A stretch of DNA of 64,000 nt from Octopus vulgaris (GCA_951406725.2 OX597828.1:18600001-18664000), one strand, 5' to 3'; shown: positions 13,235 through 27,987, counted from the first letter of the stretch. Notes: generated from the letters alone by a model not told the origin. Translations and numbers: made by a program.

Positions 13235-14460
13235 ATAAGGCTTATTGATTTGAGAGGAAGAGGTTTGTGATAACTTGGACCTCAGTACTCGACTGGTACT
13301 TAATTTTGTCGACAACAAAATGATGACAGGCAAAGCTGATATCACCAGGATTTGAACTCTTAACAGTAAATAATCAGAAAAAATACGGCAAAATATTTTC
13401 AAAGGGTATTACGATTCGGCCATGGTTTCAAATTTTGGCAAAAAAGGAGCACTTTTAAGGGGAGGGGGAAATTGCATCACATCGACCTCCAATAATTGAC
13501 TGGTATTCTATTTTATCCCAAAAGATAAAAGGCCTCGTCAGTATTTCAGCTCAGAATGTAAACCGCCGGAAAAAAAAAAACGGCGCTAGGCATTTTGTTC
13601 GACGCTTGAACGATTCCGCCTGATCTATGCAATTACTAATAACGGTTTCAAATTTTGGCGCAAAGTCGGCAGTTTTGAGGAGAGTTGGAAATCGATTTCA
13701 TCGACCCCAGTACTTGACTGGAACTTTATTTCATAGGCCTCAAAACGATAAAAGACAGAGTCGACTTCGGCAGCACTTGAACTCAGAACGTAAATTACCG
13801 CAAGAAACGCTGCAAAGCATTGTTTTCGATGCATTAACGATTCTGCTAGCTCACCGCCTTATAACCAAGAATAAAGTAATAGAAGATTGACCGAAATTAT
13901 GGTGTATTAGTAGATTAGCTAGAATGATAGTCAAAATGGCGTTGGGATGGTGGGGCAGTGGATTATCAAATTTGTTAGAATGAATACGTTCCGGTTTCGA
14001 ATCTCGATGACAAGGTCATTCTCGCTTTTTAGTTTTCTGAGTTACCTAAAATAAATACCAGTCATATGCCAAGGAGCCAATTAATTATATATGTTCCTCC
14101 ATCCCCCGAAATGTGTAGCTTTATATCCATACAGAAGTCCTCTCGTCATTCCAGGGTCGACAAAATAAGTACCACTTGAGTACTGGGGCTGATGTCATTG
14201 ATTTACCCCTCCCCCAATATTACTGGCCTTGTGTCAAAATTTGAAGCCAATATTGAACAATTATGGTGATGATCTGGCAGAATCTTCAGCGCGTCGGACA
14301 AAACACTTAACTCTTTACATAGTTCAAATCTCACTGAGGTCAGCTTTGCTCTTTGTTTTTTCGGGGTCGATAAAATAAGAACCAATTGCACTGGGGTCGA
14401 TGAAATTGCCTTTCTCCCTTCAAAAATTGTTGGCTTTGCACAAAAATTAGAAAGGAATCT
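13235..14460. mobile_element. Cluster of diverged SINE family 2 copies
   Basis: Three minus-strand copies (13235-13860) followed by plus-strand copies (13960-14460) sharing ggggtcgat/actggtact motifs. Confidence 0.7.
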
Positions 14461-14557
14461 TAGGTTAGACACAAGAATAATGCTTGTTCTTGTAAATTGG
14501 AAAAAGGTTTGAATTCATAGCTGCTCTCCAAGACAAGTAAGCAATCAATGCTGCTAC

Positions 14558-14863
14558 ATATGTTACAGGCAATGTCACTAAATATGTTACAGGCAATGTC
14601 ACTAAATATGTTACAGGCAATGTCACTAAATATGTTACAGGCAATGTCACTAGATATGTTACAGGCAATGTCACTAAATGTGTTACATGCAATGTCACTA
14701 AATATGTTACTGGTAATGTCACTAAATATGTTACGGGCAATGTCACTAGATATGTTACAGGCAATGTCACTAAATGTGTTACAAGCAATGTCATTAAATA
14801 TGTTACAGGTTGTGTCACTAAATATGTTACAAGCAATGTCAATAAATATGTTACAGGCAATGT
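14558..14863. repeat. 24-bp minisatellite, about 12.7 copies
   Basis: Unit atatgttacaggcaatgtcactaa. Confidence 0.95.
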
Positions 14864-15433
14864 AACCAGATACTTATGTTACAGCAATCAATATTGTTTC
14901 ATGACCAACGGAATCGTTTCTACCAAAAGTCAGAAGAATTTATTTATTTATTTATTTTATCTATAAGTCTCTTTCCCCTTGGGAACCTAACGCAAAGTAA
15001 ATTTGTATTTCTTGTGAAAAGCCAAGTCTTTGACTATCTGCCATGACAATCTTTCAATCAAAGAAAGTTACAAATTGCCCTGTTTATAAGCTCCTGCTGT
15101 AATTAATCGCTAGAGCTCAAAGCTTCCTGTCTTGTCGCTTTGTGGCAAGTTATAGAATTCAAAGAAAAAGATCAGAAAAATGTCACTTGCGGTTCGTTAT
15201 TGTCTGTTCCGTTTCTGAGAGTTGTCTTTTTTTTTTTTACTTTTATTTATTTATTTTTTGCTTTTTTTACTTTTGCTTTATTGCATTAATTGGATGCTTT
15301 CTATAACTGGCATTGCGATTTAGAAAAGAAATGTGTTGGCTTGGAACTTTTCATTTCTCTAGCACTCCATTCTTTAATAACCCGATGTCAACCTGAGGAT
15401 ATAGGTGCATGTTGTGTTACATTGATGTAAGCA

Positions 15434-15555
15434 GACCACAAATACTTCCTTCCCTAAGCATATACGACGAAATGTAGCTAATTAAAGATGCAAGCACATC
15501 ACAAACTCTTCCTTCTCTAAGCATACACGACGATATATAACTAATTAAAACTGCC
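15434..15555. repeat. ~62-bp tandem duplication
   Basis: cacaaatacttccttccctaagcatatacgacg...ctaattaaa occurs twice, diverged. Confidence 0.8.
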
Positions 15556-15827
15556 GGTTGCTGAGAAAGCAATATTCTTCCATTTGAACTAAAACGTAGG
15601 TCATCGTCCCTCCAAGACAGACGACACTTTCAGCCTCGTTCTGGCTGTGTATGCCTCCCAGAGGATTCGTACGATTGTAGTCTTTCTAAGGTGTCGATAT
15701 AAAAAGTTGATATGCAATTATTAAAAGGAGAATTCTTCGTTACACCGACATGAAAATAAAAATTCATTTTGGAAACTTCTTCCTGGAAAATATTCAAATA
15801 GAAAAACAATAAATCAATAGTTATAAA

Positions 15828-15930
<103 letters not shown>

Positions 15931-16465
15931 TAAATATAATAATAATAATAAATATAATAATAATGTTTTGGTGGTGATTTATTTTTTAGCTTAATATTTC
16001 GATAAAAACTGATAAGAATAAAGAATAGTTTCAAAACCAGATTAATGAAAAGTATTGGAATAGACTTATTGTTGAATTAAGAAAAATTATATCTTAAAGA
16101 CGAAGTAGTTCAATCATTGGAAATACCATTGTCTAAAAATGATTTAGAATGTCTCCACTGCGGGGTGAAATAATCTGAGATTGGAGGAGTTCCACAGAAA
16201 AGTTTAGTCTCTCATACACATAGATACAAACACTTACACACACATACACACAGAGATACGTACACACACATATATATATATACACACATACGTATATAAG
16301 TACTATGTTGTGTATATATTTGTGTATGCAAGTGTGTGTGTGTGTGTTAAATGTCTAACTGTCTGCAATGAGTTATCGTTTAGATGAAGCTAATAGTATG
16401 AACAATTACAAACGTGGATGTATATGTGCGCAAGTATTTAAATATATACATACACAGACACATAG

Positions 16466-16499
<34 letters not shown>

Positions 16500-16897
16500 G
16501 AATATACATACATACCTATATAAATGTGTGTGTATGTATATATGTGGATGTCTGTGCCGCTGTGCAGATATAGACACACAGATGCATATGTGTGTGTGTA
16601 TATATATATATGTATATACACACACACTCACGTACATATAAATACATATATGTGTACAAATATATAAATAAATACGTACATTCATATATATATATATATA
16701 TATATATACATAGAGAGATAGAGAGAGATATACATATATATATTTACATATATTTGTATGTAAATATGTATATGTACAAATATATATGTATGTATATATA
16801 CATACATAGATACATTAATACACGCACCCCCACTCCACCTCCACCCACCCACACACACATATGTATATGTATATATGTATATATATATGTGTGTGTG

Positions 16898-16996
<99 letters not shown>

Positions 16997-17597
16997 CTGT
17001 GTGGGCTGGGCGTGTAATATTTTTAACAACATTTGCTGTAACAACATCTTTAGAAATATATTATGTAAAAGCGAAATATCTACGACCACCAGATCAATCG
17101 CCATTTCTAACTTACTTTATTTTTCATTCTGGCATGATTGATGATGCTACTGTTGCAGTCAATTACACAAATTTCGAGCAGTTTTTACTTATTTGTTTTC
17201 TTTGTTTTTGTTAGGGTTTTTTTTGGTATTTTTGTTTTTTTACATCATACATTGTCTTTGTGTTACTACTACTACTACTACTACTACTGGTTGTAGGCAT
17301 TGTTTCTATAGTTTGGTCAGTTGAGAGCATTGACACTTTCAGACTTGCTATACACACACACACACAGAGGAAGAGAAACAGACATACATACAGTAATAGA
17401 CAATGAGTCATACATACATATATACATACATACATACATACATACATACATAAATACTTATATATGTAAATACGTATGCATATATATATATACATATACA
17501 TATACATATATATATATATATGTGTGTGTATATATATATGTATATATGTATATACATATATACATATATACATATATATACATATATACATAAATAC

Positions 17598-17680
<83 letters not shown>

Positions 17681-17698
17681 TGTGTGTGTGTGTGTATG

Positions 17699-17743
<45 letters not shown>

Positions 17744-18046
17744 CATAATAACTGAAAGCTTTCAGTCTCCTGCACTCAAAGTTACTCGCTTCCGATCGTC
17801 AGCTGAAAAGAAAAACAGGTTCGGTTTATGAATTTGATGATCAGAGGAGCCCTTCAATTAAAATTTCTTTAACTCTACATCTGTATTGAGTCCAATGATT
17901 TATCGCTTCTGGTGAATCAGCATAGATTTATATATATATATATATATTTGTATATTTACGTTTTGTATTTTATTTGACTTGTGTGTATTTGTTGATGTAG
18001 TTAAAGGTGTAGATGGAGCTCCTAGGTTTGATAAAGCCGTGATGAA

Positions 18047-18155
18047 GGCAATCTGTCAAGGAGAAGATAACTGTGAATTCAAATCCTTCACTGCTATCAT
18101 GCAGTTAGCCTTTTGTTGGGCAAAGACTGGGAGAAGGACACTCTGATATAAAACC
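18047..18155 (+). mobile_element. RTE-like 5' UTR remnant (duplicated motif)
   Basis: ggcaatctgtcaaggagaagataactgtgaattcaaatcc and ggcaaagactgggagaaggacactctgatataaaacc resemble a motif I recall from RTE 5' UTRs. Confidence 0.4.
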
Positions 18156-18483
18156 ACTGGAGAGGTTATACTCCGGGATGATAAAACATGCGCCCTCCAT
18201 AATCATCCAGTCATCTTGCCTTGGTTTGTCACTGGATATCAGATTTGGTGGGAGGAGTGTGGGCTGTACGTGTCGTACAAGCGTGTGGCATTGATATTTA
18301 AACGTACAAATGTGTGTGTGTGTGTGTGTGTGTGTCTGTCTGTCTGTCTGTCTGTGTGTGTCTGTGTGTGTGCGTGTGTGTGTTTTGTAATGATCTTTTA
18401 GACGTTGACCGATGAGGAATTAGCTACGAATTTTCTGATTGTTGTGATTTTGTAAAATTTTCCGTTTGTTGTGTTTTTCTTAA

Positions 18484-18519
<36 letters not shown>

Positions 18520-18774
18520 TAATAAATAAATAAAACATATGCATATATACATACATATATGTACGTACCTACCTCTACATGTATATATACATGCATATAT
18601 GGGTACAGGACACCAAAAAAACATCGAACACAATGAGAAACGAAAACATAAACACAAAACCAAGGAAATGGACATTTTTCTTAAACAACGAAAAAATAGA
18701 GTACAGGACATACAAAACAAGGAAAATTCCCCTTCTTCAGTCGCCTTTGTTTCATCTACTCCACATTTTAGAGG

Positions 18775-18812
<38 letters not shown>

Positions 18813-19916
18813 GCTGATATAAAAAAAGTCTCTGTCTTTAATTAGTTCTATAACACCCTGGGCAAGATATAGGTTTCAAGTTTTGACACAAGGCTTGCAA
18901 TTTCGAGGTCATGGGTAGGTCGATTACATCCACCTCAATAGTCAACTGGTATTTATTTTATCGATCCGAAAGTATGAAAGGTGAAGACGACCTTGGCGGA
19001 ATTTGAACTCAGAGCACGAAGATGGAGGAAATGCCGCCAGGCATTATGCTCGGCGTACTAACGACTCTGCAAGCTCGCCTCCTTACACTGGGCAAAATAT
19101 CAAACAGCATTCGGTGATGAGGCTTCAGCTGGGGCTTTTAGAAATTTGGAGGCTGTGGAGCTGTTCCTTAGCCACCACCACTATTTTCAGTCCTGTTTTG
19201 GCCCAGGGAGGTAATTTCTGTCGAAGTTATGAAGCGAAGAGCAACAGACGTTTGTGAGTAAAGCATGCAAAACTTCGAGGTGGGGCTGGTCTCTAGACAT
19301 GTGTCACATAAGCCCACGGCGTGTATGTTGACATGCTCTGATGTCATATAAATCAGTCCATTTGACTAAGGGTTAAATAGGCCCTGTGTGTCAAGGGTTA
19401 GCCAGGGAAAAACAGGAGGCTCACAGAGTAAACAGTAAATAGTCTGGCAGAGGACAGTGGGGATCTACTTCTGTTCCTGAAGGAAAAAATTAAGGATCGC
19501 CAGATCTTGAAGAAGAGGTCCATGATTACCAACGCTTGCAAGCATGGTACATGCAGAAAGAGAGAGAGAGGAAGGGAAAGAGAATGGCGTTGGGTATTTC
19601 GCTGCTGCTTTTAGCTGGTTTAGCGACCGCGAAGAGGCGTCCTGGTCCAGATTCGATGTAATCATTTATTACAGTTTTTTTACTAATAAAAATCTACTGA
19701 CCTTCTGATGCATCTCGGAAACAAATTGGCGAAATCATAAGAAAACCGTGTAGAATACTTTGCTCTATTTTATTGCATCTCTATGAGTTTAGAGTTCAAA
19801 TTTTGGTGGGGATCAATTTTACATTTCATCCGGCTTTTGGGGTTTTTTTTTTAAGATCGATTCTTGAATTCTCTAATCCTGGGTTTGTTCCTTTCTTTTC
19901 TCTATCCCTCTCTCTT

Positions 19917-19947
<31 letters not shown>

Positions 19948-20654
19948 TTCTGGAATGTACCTGTAATTTTAATGTCCAGTTTAATCACATTGTCACGCTA
20001 TTTCGTGCTTCGGCCCAAGAATTCGGCTTAAGAATACAAATATGTGTGGGATACTCAACCACTTACATGCAAATTTCACGATTAGGAGATCAGGTGGTTG
20101 AACAATTAAATGTTCCTCATTGAAACCGATGAAGAATTAACCACAATGTAGCAAGTATACTTTGTCAAATTTGATTAATATTTCAGAGAAATATAAGGCA
20201 GTGAGCTGACAAAATTGTTAGCATGCCGAACAAAATGCTTCAAGAAATTTAGTCCGGCTTTATATTCTGAGTTCAAACTCCGCCGAGATCGACTTTGCCT
20301 TTCATCCTTTCGGGGTGGATGAAATAAGTACCAGTTATGCACTGAGGTCGATGTAATCGACTTAGACGCTCCTTCAAAATTGCTGACCTTGTGTCAAAAT
20401 TTTAAACTAATCATTTAGAGAATTATAACCGATGGTGACGGTAAGACAGAATTATCTGAATCAAAGTTGTAAGCTTCTCGATCAGCTGATATTTTGAAAT
20501 AACAGCCAAATCCTCTCCTAGGCTCCAATTTGATACAACAAAAAAAATCATTATTTAATTTTAAAAATAAAGCGGTGATCTAGCAAAATCTTTACTGCAC
20601 TGGACAAAATGTTTAGCGATATTTCTTCCGGCTCTTTACGTTCTGAGTTCAAAA

Positions 20655-20831
20655 GCGCAGGAGTGGCTGTGTGGTAAGTAGATTGCTTACCAACCACATG
20701 GTTCTGGGTTCAGTCCCATTGCGTGGCACCTTGGGCAAGTGTCTTCTATTATAGCCTCGGGCCGACCAAAGCCATGTGAGTGGATTTGGTAGACTGAAAC
20801 TGAAAGAAGCCCGTCGTATATATGTATATAT

Positions 20832-20882
<51 letters not shown>

Positions 20883-20933
20883 TGTGTGTGTGTGTGTATA
20901 TATGTATATATTTATATGTATATATATATATAA

Positions 20934-20998
<65 letters not shown>

Positions 20999-21202
20999 TG
21001 TGTCTGTGTTTGTCCCCCAACATCGCTTGACAATCGATGCTGATGAGTTTACGTCCCCGTAACGTAGCGGTTCGGCAAAAGTGACCGATAGAATAAATAC
21101 TAGGCTTACAAAGAATAAGCCCTAGGGTCGATTTCTTCGACTGAAGGTGATGCTCCAGCATGGCCACAGTCAAATGACTGAAACAAGTAAAAGAGTAAAA
21201 GA
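20655..21202 (+). mobile_element. SINE family 1 nested inside a family 2 SINE
   Basis: The host is split between ...ttctgagttcaaa (20650) and accaccgaagtcgac... (21205); the internal microsatellite is expanded. Confidence 0.85.
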
Positions 21203-21807
21203 ATACCACCGAAGTCGACTTCGGGTCGATTAGATAAATACCAGCTGAGTACTGGGGTCGATGTAATCGATCAGCCACCTCCCCAAATGTTCAGGCCTTG
21301 TGCTTATATCAGAAATGATTATTCAATGCTTAAATATTCTATAAAGGCTAGAATCTTCTAGAGAACGTGGTATCTTGCCCCACGACCATCTCTCGATTTT
21401 TTTTTCCACCCGCAAAGTATTTTTTCAGTGCTTAGAGGCATCACTTTCGGTTCTTTGCGTTGTGAGTTCAATTTTGTCCTTCACCGTTTTGGGATTTATA
21501 AATTGAGCAGTGAGATCGATGCAATCGATTTACACCAACCCTGGAAACTTCTAGTCCTGTTTCTGAATTATAAACGCTTTTCTACAACTTTATCAACTGT
21601 AAAAAATATTTGACTTCAGTTCAAGTATTTTACTTCAAATATACATCACTAGCTTGTACTCAGAATCAGAGAAGCCCGAGATGAGCATTGATTAACAGTG
21701 ATCCTGATTAGATAAATTACTGTACTTTAGAGATTTTTTTTTTTTATTATCTCAACCAATGAAAAAGAAGCTTATGAAACGAAGGTTTCCCTGTTTACTT
21801 TTTTTTT

Positions 21808-22013
21808 TTACTTGTTTCAGTCATTTGACTGCGGCCATGCTGGAGCACCGCCTTTAGTCGAGCAACTCGACCCCGGGACTTATTCTTTTGTAAGCCCAGT
21901 ACTTATTCTATCGGTCTCTTTTGCCGAACCACTAAGTAACGGGGACATAAACACACCAGCATCGGTTGTCAAGCAACGCTAGGGGGACAAACACAGACAT
22001 ACAAACACACATA

Positions 22014-22052
<39 letters not shown>

Positions 22053-22215
22053 GACAGGCTTCTTTCAGTTTCCGTCTACCAAATCCACTCACAAGACTTT
22101 GGTCGGCCCGGAGCTATAGCAGAAGACACTTGCCCAAGATGCCACGCAGTGGGACTGAACCCAGAACCATGTGGTTGGTTAGCAAGCTACTTACCACACA
22201 GCCACTCCTGCACCT
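21808..22215 (-). mobile_element. SINE family 1
   Basis: Full-length similarity to other copies. Confidence 0.9.
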
Positions 22216-22748
22216 ATCTTTAGTTTAGTTTTTTTTTTTTTTTTTCTATTTCAAATTTATGCACGTATTCGTCCGAATAGATTCTAACGATATGAACGGT
22301 GTTGAATGGTTTGGGACTGGAACAATACAAAGCTTTCTAGCTGTATTCATTCATTTGGACAATTTCTATCACCGTTCTCACATCAAAAGCCTAACTTAAC
22401 AGAACCAATATTCCTCTGCAAACAACTTGAATCGCTACGAAAGGAGGTTAACGTCCTATAAAGCCGTAAACAACTATGAACTGGGTCGTCTGAATCATCT
22501 TATAGAACTGCGAGCAAAGACAGTGTTTCGAACTATCCTGCTAGCGGCTTTGTAATACAATCCTTCCTTATGGACTTCTTTCTGTAGATCGTTAGCGGCA
22601 TTAAAAGTCTCATGAGAGACGGAGGTATCAGAGCCAAGACAAAGGAAATCAAAACGAAAAACTGTTCTGATGTCCTCATACGTCGAAACCGAGGCCAGAA
22701 TCCATCCCTCATACAATTATGTGTATGTGTGTTGTATCCATATAAATA

Positions 22749-22960
22749 TCTATTATATAAAATCCGTTCTGTCTGTCTGTGTGTGTGTGTCTTCTAGGAT
22801 CTCGGGCATCCTCCATCCGATTGCGCTCAAATGTGATATGCAGATACCGATGGTATCAGGGCGTGTATAAGTCTTGAAAAAATTACAAAAATCTATTCCA
22901 GATGAGAATGCGATCGATAAAGCCGTGGGAACGTGCATTTGTACGGGCAAGTACATCAGC
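22749..22960 (+). mobile_element. Non-autonomous Helitron-like element
   Basis: Starts tctattatataaaat followed by a (TCTG)n/(TG)n tract. The 3' end has a short hairpin (cgtgcatttgtacg) before a degenerate terminus. Confidence 0.45.
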
Positions 22961-23206
22961 TGTTGCGATGTACTTACTGGTACTTTAAACTCTTTGGGTG
23001 CATATTTATCTAAATAAAATAGTTTTTCTTTGGAATAGAAAAAGTCTATCTTTATTTCTTCTTTTGCTGGTGTCTCAAATTTAGGTTAAATCAGTGTTTC
23101 TCAAAGGGGAGGCCTATGGGACGGTCGGACAAGTGGTTCTGGGAAAATTTGGTTTAAATATTTGACAACTCAGCACCGTCCATTGGACGAGGGGGGCGCT
23201 TTTCTC

Positions 23207-23277
<71 letters not shown>

Positions 23278-23364
23278 TATATGGCAAATGTAAATCGGAA
23301 GATGGAATATACGAGAATTTATTAACCTTGAGAATTGTTTAGAAACATCTAGCATCGATCCCTC

Positions 23365-23922
23365 ATGGCTGTGTGATAAGAAGCTTGCTTCCCAACCACA
23401 TGGTCCCGGGTTCAGTTCCACTGCGTTGCATCTTGGGCAAATGTCATCTAGTATAGCCTCTCGAGCCAACCAAAGCATTGTGAGTGGATTTGGTAGACAG
23501 AAACTGAAAGAATCTCATCGTGTATATATATAAATATTTGTGTTTGTGTCTCTTTGTCCCCCACCACATCACTTGACAACCTATAATGGTGTGTTTACGT
23601 CCCCGTAACTTAGCGGTTCAGCAAAATAGCCTCATAGAATAAGCACTAGGCTTACAAAGAATAACTCGTGGGTCGATTTGTTCGACTAAAACCCAGTAAG
23701 GCAGTGCTCTATCATGGCCGCAGCCAAATGACTGAAACAAGTAAAAGAATAAAAGAATATATATAGGCGTAAATGCGTGGTAAGAAGCTTGCTTCCCAAC
23801 CACATGGTTCTGAGTTCAGTCCCACTGCATTGCCCCTTGGGCAAGTGTCTTATGCTAGAGCCTTGAGCCAACCAACGCCTTATGAGTGGATTTGGTACAC
23901 GGAAACGGAAAGAAGCCCGTCG

Positions 23923-23925
<3 letters not shown>
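23365..23925 (+). mobile_element. Two tandem SINE family 1 copies (full plus 5' half)
   Basis: Heads at ~23365 and ~23765; older, more diverged subfamily. Confidence 0.8.
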
Positions 23926-23953
<28 letters not shown>

Positions 23954-24194
23954 GTTATTTTTCTCGTAGAACCAAGCGTACCAGTCAGGAAGTGCCGTGG
24001 GTCGCAGTTTACTTTTGGTTGTTTTAAATGTTATACTCACTGGCGTTTCTAATATTGCTCTTGTCATTGGTTTTTGACCCCAGATTATCTCTGACCGATC
24101 TGGTTTATGACCAACAGTGCTCCAATCAAGCCTATCCTGTCATCTGGCATATCAGAGATTACTACCACTGCTGCTACTAATACTGCTTCTTCTT

Positions 24195-24237
<43 letters not shown>

Positions 24238-24499
24238 AACTACTACAATGTCTAATCTGTCTTCTTTCTTAAAGAATGTGATATGTGATTTGAGCAAACT
24301 TTTGCCGCTATTTCTAGCAAATCGATCGACCACAAATGCACAACCCATTTAAGGTTTCTACATCTGTTGTTGTTGTTGTCGTTGAGGTCTTCCTCTTCTT
24401 CCAATCAGGATTCACACCATTAGCTACAAAGAACAAGCTCTAATTCGTGCCTACTCTAAGCTACTAAGAATGCGTGTGGCAACTTGAAGATCTGCCCAC

Positions 24500-24858
24500 C
24501 ACACGCGATAGACTGGCGGTTGCACGGGCACGAAAGCTACGTTGTTATCTTCATTCTGTAAACGGTGGCTTTTAACGGGTGGAGAACTGAACTGGCCTAG
24601 GGTACAGAGGATTCGCAATCTAGACTAGGATCTGAAAGTTTACCACACCACTGTTCCTCTGCTTTGTGGCAGATGTATGAAGAAAGAGTGAGAGAAAGTT
24701 GTGGTGAAAGAGTACAGCGGGGTTCACCCATCCAACCCCGCCTCGTGGAGCTTAGGTGTTTTTGCTCAATAAACACTCGATACCCGGTCTGGAAATCGAA
24801 ACCGCGTTCTTACGACTGCGAGTCCGTTGCCCTAACCACTGGGCCATTGCGCCTCCAC
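24500..24858 (-). mobile_element. tRNA-derived SINE sharing its head with family 3
   Basis: gagaaagttgtggtgaaagag...cgtggagcttaggtgttt...ctaaccactgggcc matches 6540-6710; different 3' body. Confidence 0.65.
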
Positions 24859-25399
24859 TGTTGCTGTTGTTGATAGGTCCTGCTTGTTGCAGCTGATATT
24901 GTTACTGCTGCTGCAGCTACTTCTGTTATTGTTGTTGTCGACGTTGTCGTCGTTGTCAGCGCCACTCCAGAGACCCTGCGGATCTGCTTACGTTTCACCT
25001 TCTGCGAATTTAAAGATTCAGCAAAGTATTACAACATAAACACTCGTCAGTTATATAAATCCCACTGCCGCCACCCAACGTAAGTGAACGTTTACGAGCT
25101 TAATCAGCTTGCAACCAATCACAGCCGAAATTCCCTTCAATCATGGCTTATAAAATCTTAAAAAGGGACAATGAAGTCTAACACATACAAAAGACGGGAA
25201 GGCCACGGTTCAGAGGTTTGATCATTAGCCTGTTCCATTAGGGCCAAAGTGAGGCTAAATAGCAACAGCAGAGACTGTGATGTAACCCCGTCGCTGGTAA
25301 CCCCACTCCCTCTCCTTCCCCCTGTTTCTCTATCTATCTATCTATCTATCTATTTCTCTCTCTCTCTCCTCTCTCTCTCTCTCCCTATCTCTCTCCCTA

Positions 25400-25485
<86 letters not shown>

Positions 25486-25566
25486 ATGCTATGATAAAAC
25501 CCACACATCTTGTGAAACACAGCTACCCAGGGTTTCCCAGTCGAAGCATTGATTTATATACAGATA

Positions 25567-25636
<70 letters not shown>

Positions 25637-25807
25637 GCATGTACGTATGTATATTTGTGTATGTATAAAATACATTACACACACATACATATACATACAC
25701 ATGAGTTTTTATAAAACCATAACCATCCTGCCTTCAATCTTATCCACCTATCTCTTTCTTTCTCTCTCTCTCTCTCTCTACTTCTCTGTCTATCTATCTC
25801 TCCCCAT

Positions 25808-25865
<58 letters not shown>

Positions 25866-25972
25866 CCATCTAGCTATCCCGGTCTCCACCATCCATATTC
25901 ATCTGTTTGTCTACATATCTACCCATCTAGCTATCTATTTATCTATCTACCCATCTATGTATCTATCTACCC

Positions 25973-26035
<63 letters not shown>

Positions 26036-26239
26036 CTTACCTATGTATCTAGGACTCATCCCTTTATCTGCCTAGCCACGTACCAACCTACCTGCTTACC
26101 TACCTAGCTAACTACCCCTATCCCAGTTCTCTGGTAGGAGGCCAGATCAGCCCAAACGAAGATAGGTCTAGCTAAAGTTCCCATTTCTAATGATACAGGA
26201 GAAAAACCCAAGAGAAGGCGGGATCAAGTAATCGGGCTG

Positions 26240-26356
26240 CTATAGCTGCTGCTGCTGCTGCTATTGTTGTTGTTGTTGTTGTTGTTGATGATGATGCTGC
26301 TGTTGCTGGTGATGCTATGTTGCTGAGATTGCTGTTTCCACTGCTCTTGCTACTAG

Positions 26357-26394
<38 letters not shown>

Positions 26395-26401
26395 TATTTC
26401 T

Positions 26402-26436
<35 letters not shown>

Positions 26437-26676
26437 GATGAGACTACTGTTGCTGCTGTGGAGGTTGTTGCTGTTGTTTTCGGTGGCGGCGGTGGCGGCG
26501 GTGGCGGTGGTGGTGGTGGTGGTGGTGGTGGTGGTGGTAGTAGTAGTGTTGGTGGTGGTGATGGTGGTGATGGTGGTTATTGATTCTACTGCTACGCTGA
26601 CTGCTGCAGTTGCTCTTACGACTCGCATCGGCGTTGCTACTGTTACCATTGCTGCTGCTGCTGTGGCTGCTACCGT

Positions 26677-26725
<49 letters not shown>

Positions 26726-27604
26726 GGTGGTGGTGGTGATGATGATGATGATGATGTTGGTGGTGGTGGTGGTGGTTGTTTTAGAAATGGTGATGGTGAT
26801 GGTGTTGGTGGTATTACTGAAGGTGGTGATGGTGGTGGTGGTGGTATTTGTGGTTGTGATGGCGATAGTGGTGGTGGGATGGTGGTGGTGGTGGTGGTGG
26901 TGGTGGTGGTAGCGGTGAAGTAGTTGTCACCGTTCGTGTTGCTCTTGTGATTTTCGTTGCTGACGTTTACAATTGTTGTTATTGCCGCTGCTGCAGCTGT
27001 TGCTGCTGCTGATGATGATGATGGTGATGATGATGATGATGATGATGATGACGATGACGACGATCTTGATGATGATGATGATGATGTTGCTGCTGCTGTT
27101 GTTGTTGTTCTTGTTGCTGTTGTGCGTGTTACTGCTAACTGCAACTGCAAATGCAACTGCTGATCCTACCCATGTTATTCAAGCTGATGATGATGATGGT
27201 GATGGTGGTGATGGTGGTAGTGGTGTGTAGTGGGGAGAGGGGTAAGGTAAGAAGTATCGCAGTAGTCATGGTGGTTGCGGTGGTGGTGGTGGTGGTGGCG
27301 GTGGTGGTGGTGGTGGCAGTGAGTGGTATTGGTGCAGGTGGTAGTGGTACTTACTGGTGGTGATGGTGAGAGTGGGTGAGATGGCGGCGGTACTGGTAAC
27401 TGTAGTAGTGGTTGTGGTGGTGTTGTTGTTGTTGTTGGTAGTGGTGGTGGTGGTGGTGGTGGTGGCGGTGGCGGTGGAGGAGCTGAGGGTGATAATGAGG
27501 ATATATAATGGCGTTGTTGAGAGGTTGAGGTGGATGTGACGGAGGTGGCAGCCATGATGGTGGTGTTGAAGGTGCTGACGGATGTGCGATGGTAGTAGTA
27601 GTAA

Positions 27605-27651
<47 letters not shown>

Positions 27652-27987
27652 ATGGTGGTGGTGGTGGTGGGGGCGACGTTGATATTGGTGATAATGATGA
27701 GGATAATGTCGGCGTTGATGGTGTCGATAATGATGGGGGTGGATTAATGGAGGTGTGGTACTGGCGGCGGCGGCGGCGGCAGTGGCTGTGGTTGTTCTTG
27801 TTGTTGTTGTTGTCGTACTGGTGATGGTAATGATGGTGGTGGTGGTGGTGGTGGTGGTGGTGGTGGTGCCAATATTTTCGCTCCTGCTACAGCTGCTACA
27901 AGAAGCTGCTTCCTGCGATTCTCGCTGCAACACTTCACGTTGTTAAACACTCTGCTGCTGCTGCTGCTGCTACTACTACTATTACTA

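Noticed and set aside
14465-14865. Repeat-protein-like ORFs (LVTLPVTY / MLQAMSLN) or a CRISPR-like array
   Set aside because: This is a pure 24-bp tandem repeat with no unique spacers, no cas genes and no splice or homology support.
22495-22716. 73-aa ORF MYEGWILAS...
   Set aside because: It may be a very old mariner fragment, but no diagnostic motif could be confirmed.
24055-24110. Minus-strand gtgagt donor
   Set aside because: The upstream sequence is the end of a dispersed repeat and has no acceptor.
26392-27933. 250-aa Pro/Ser/Thr/His-rich ORFs
   Set aside because: Several frames on both strands are open because of triplet repeats; no domain is recognisable.
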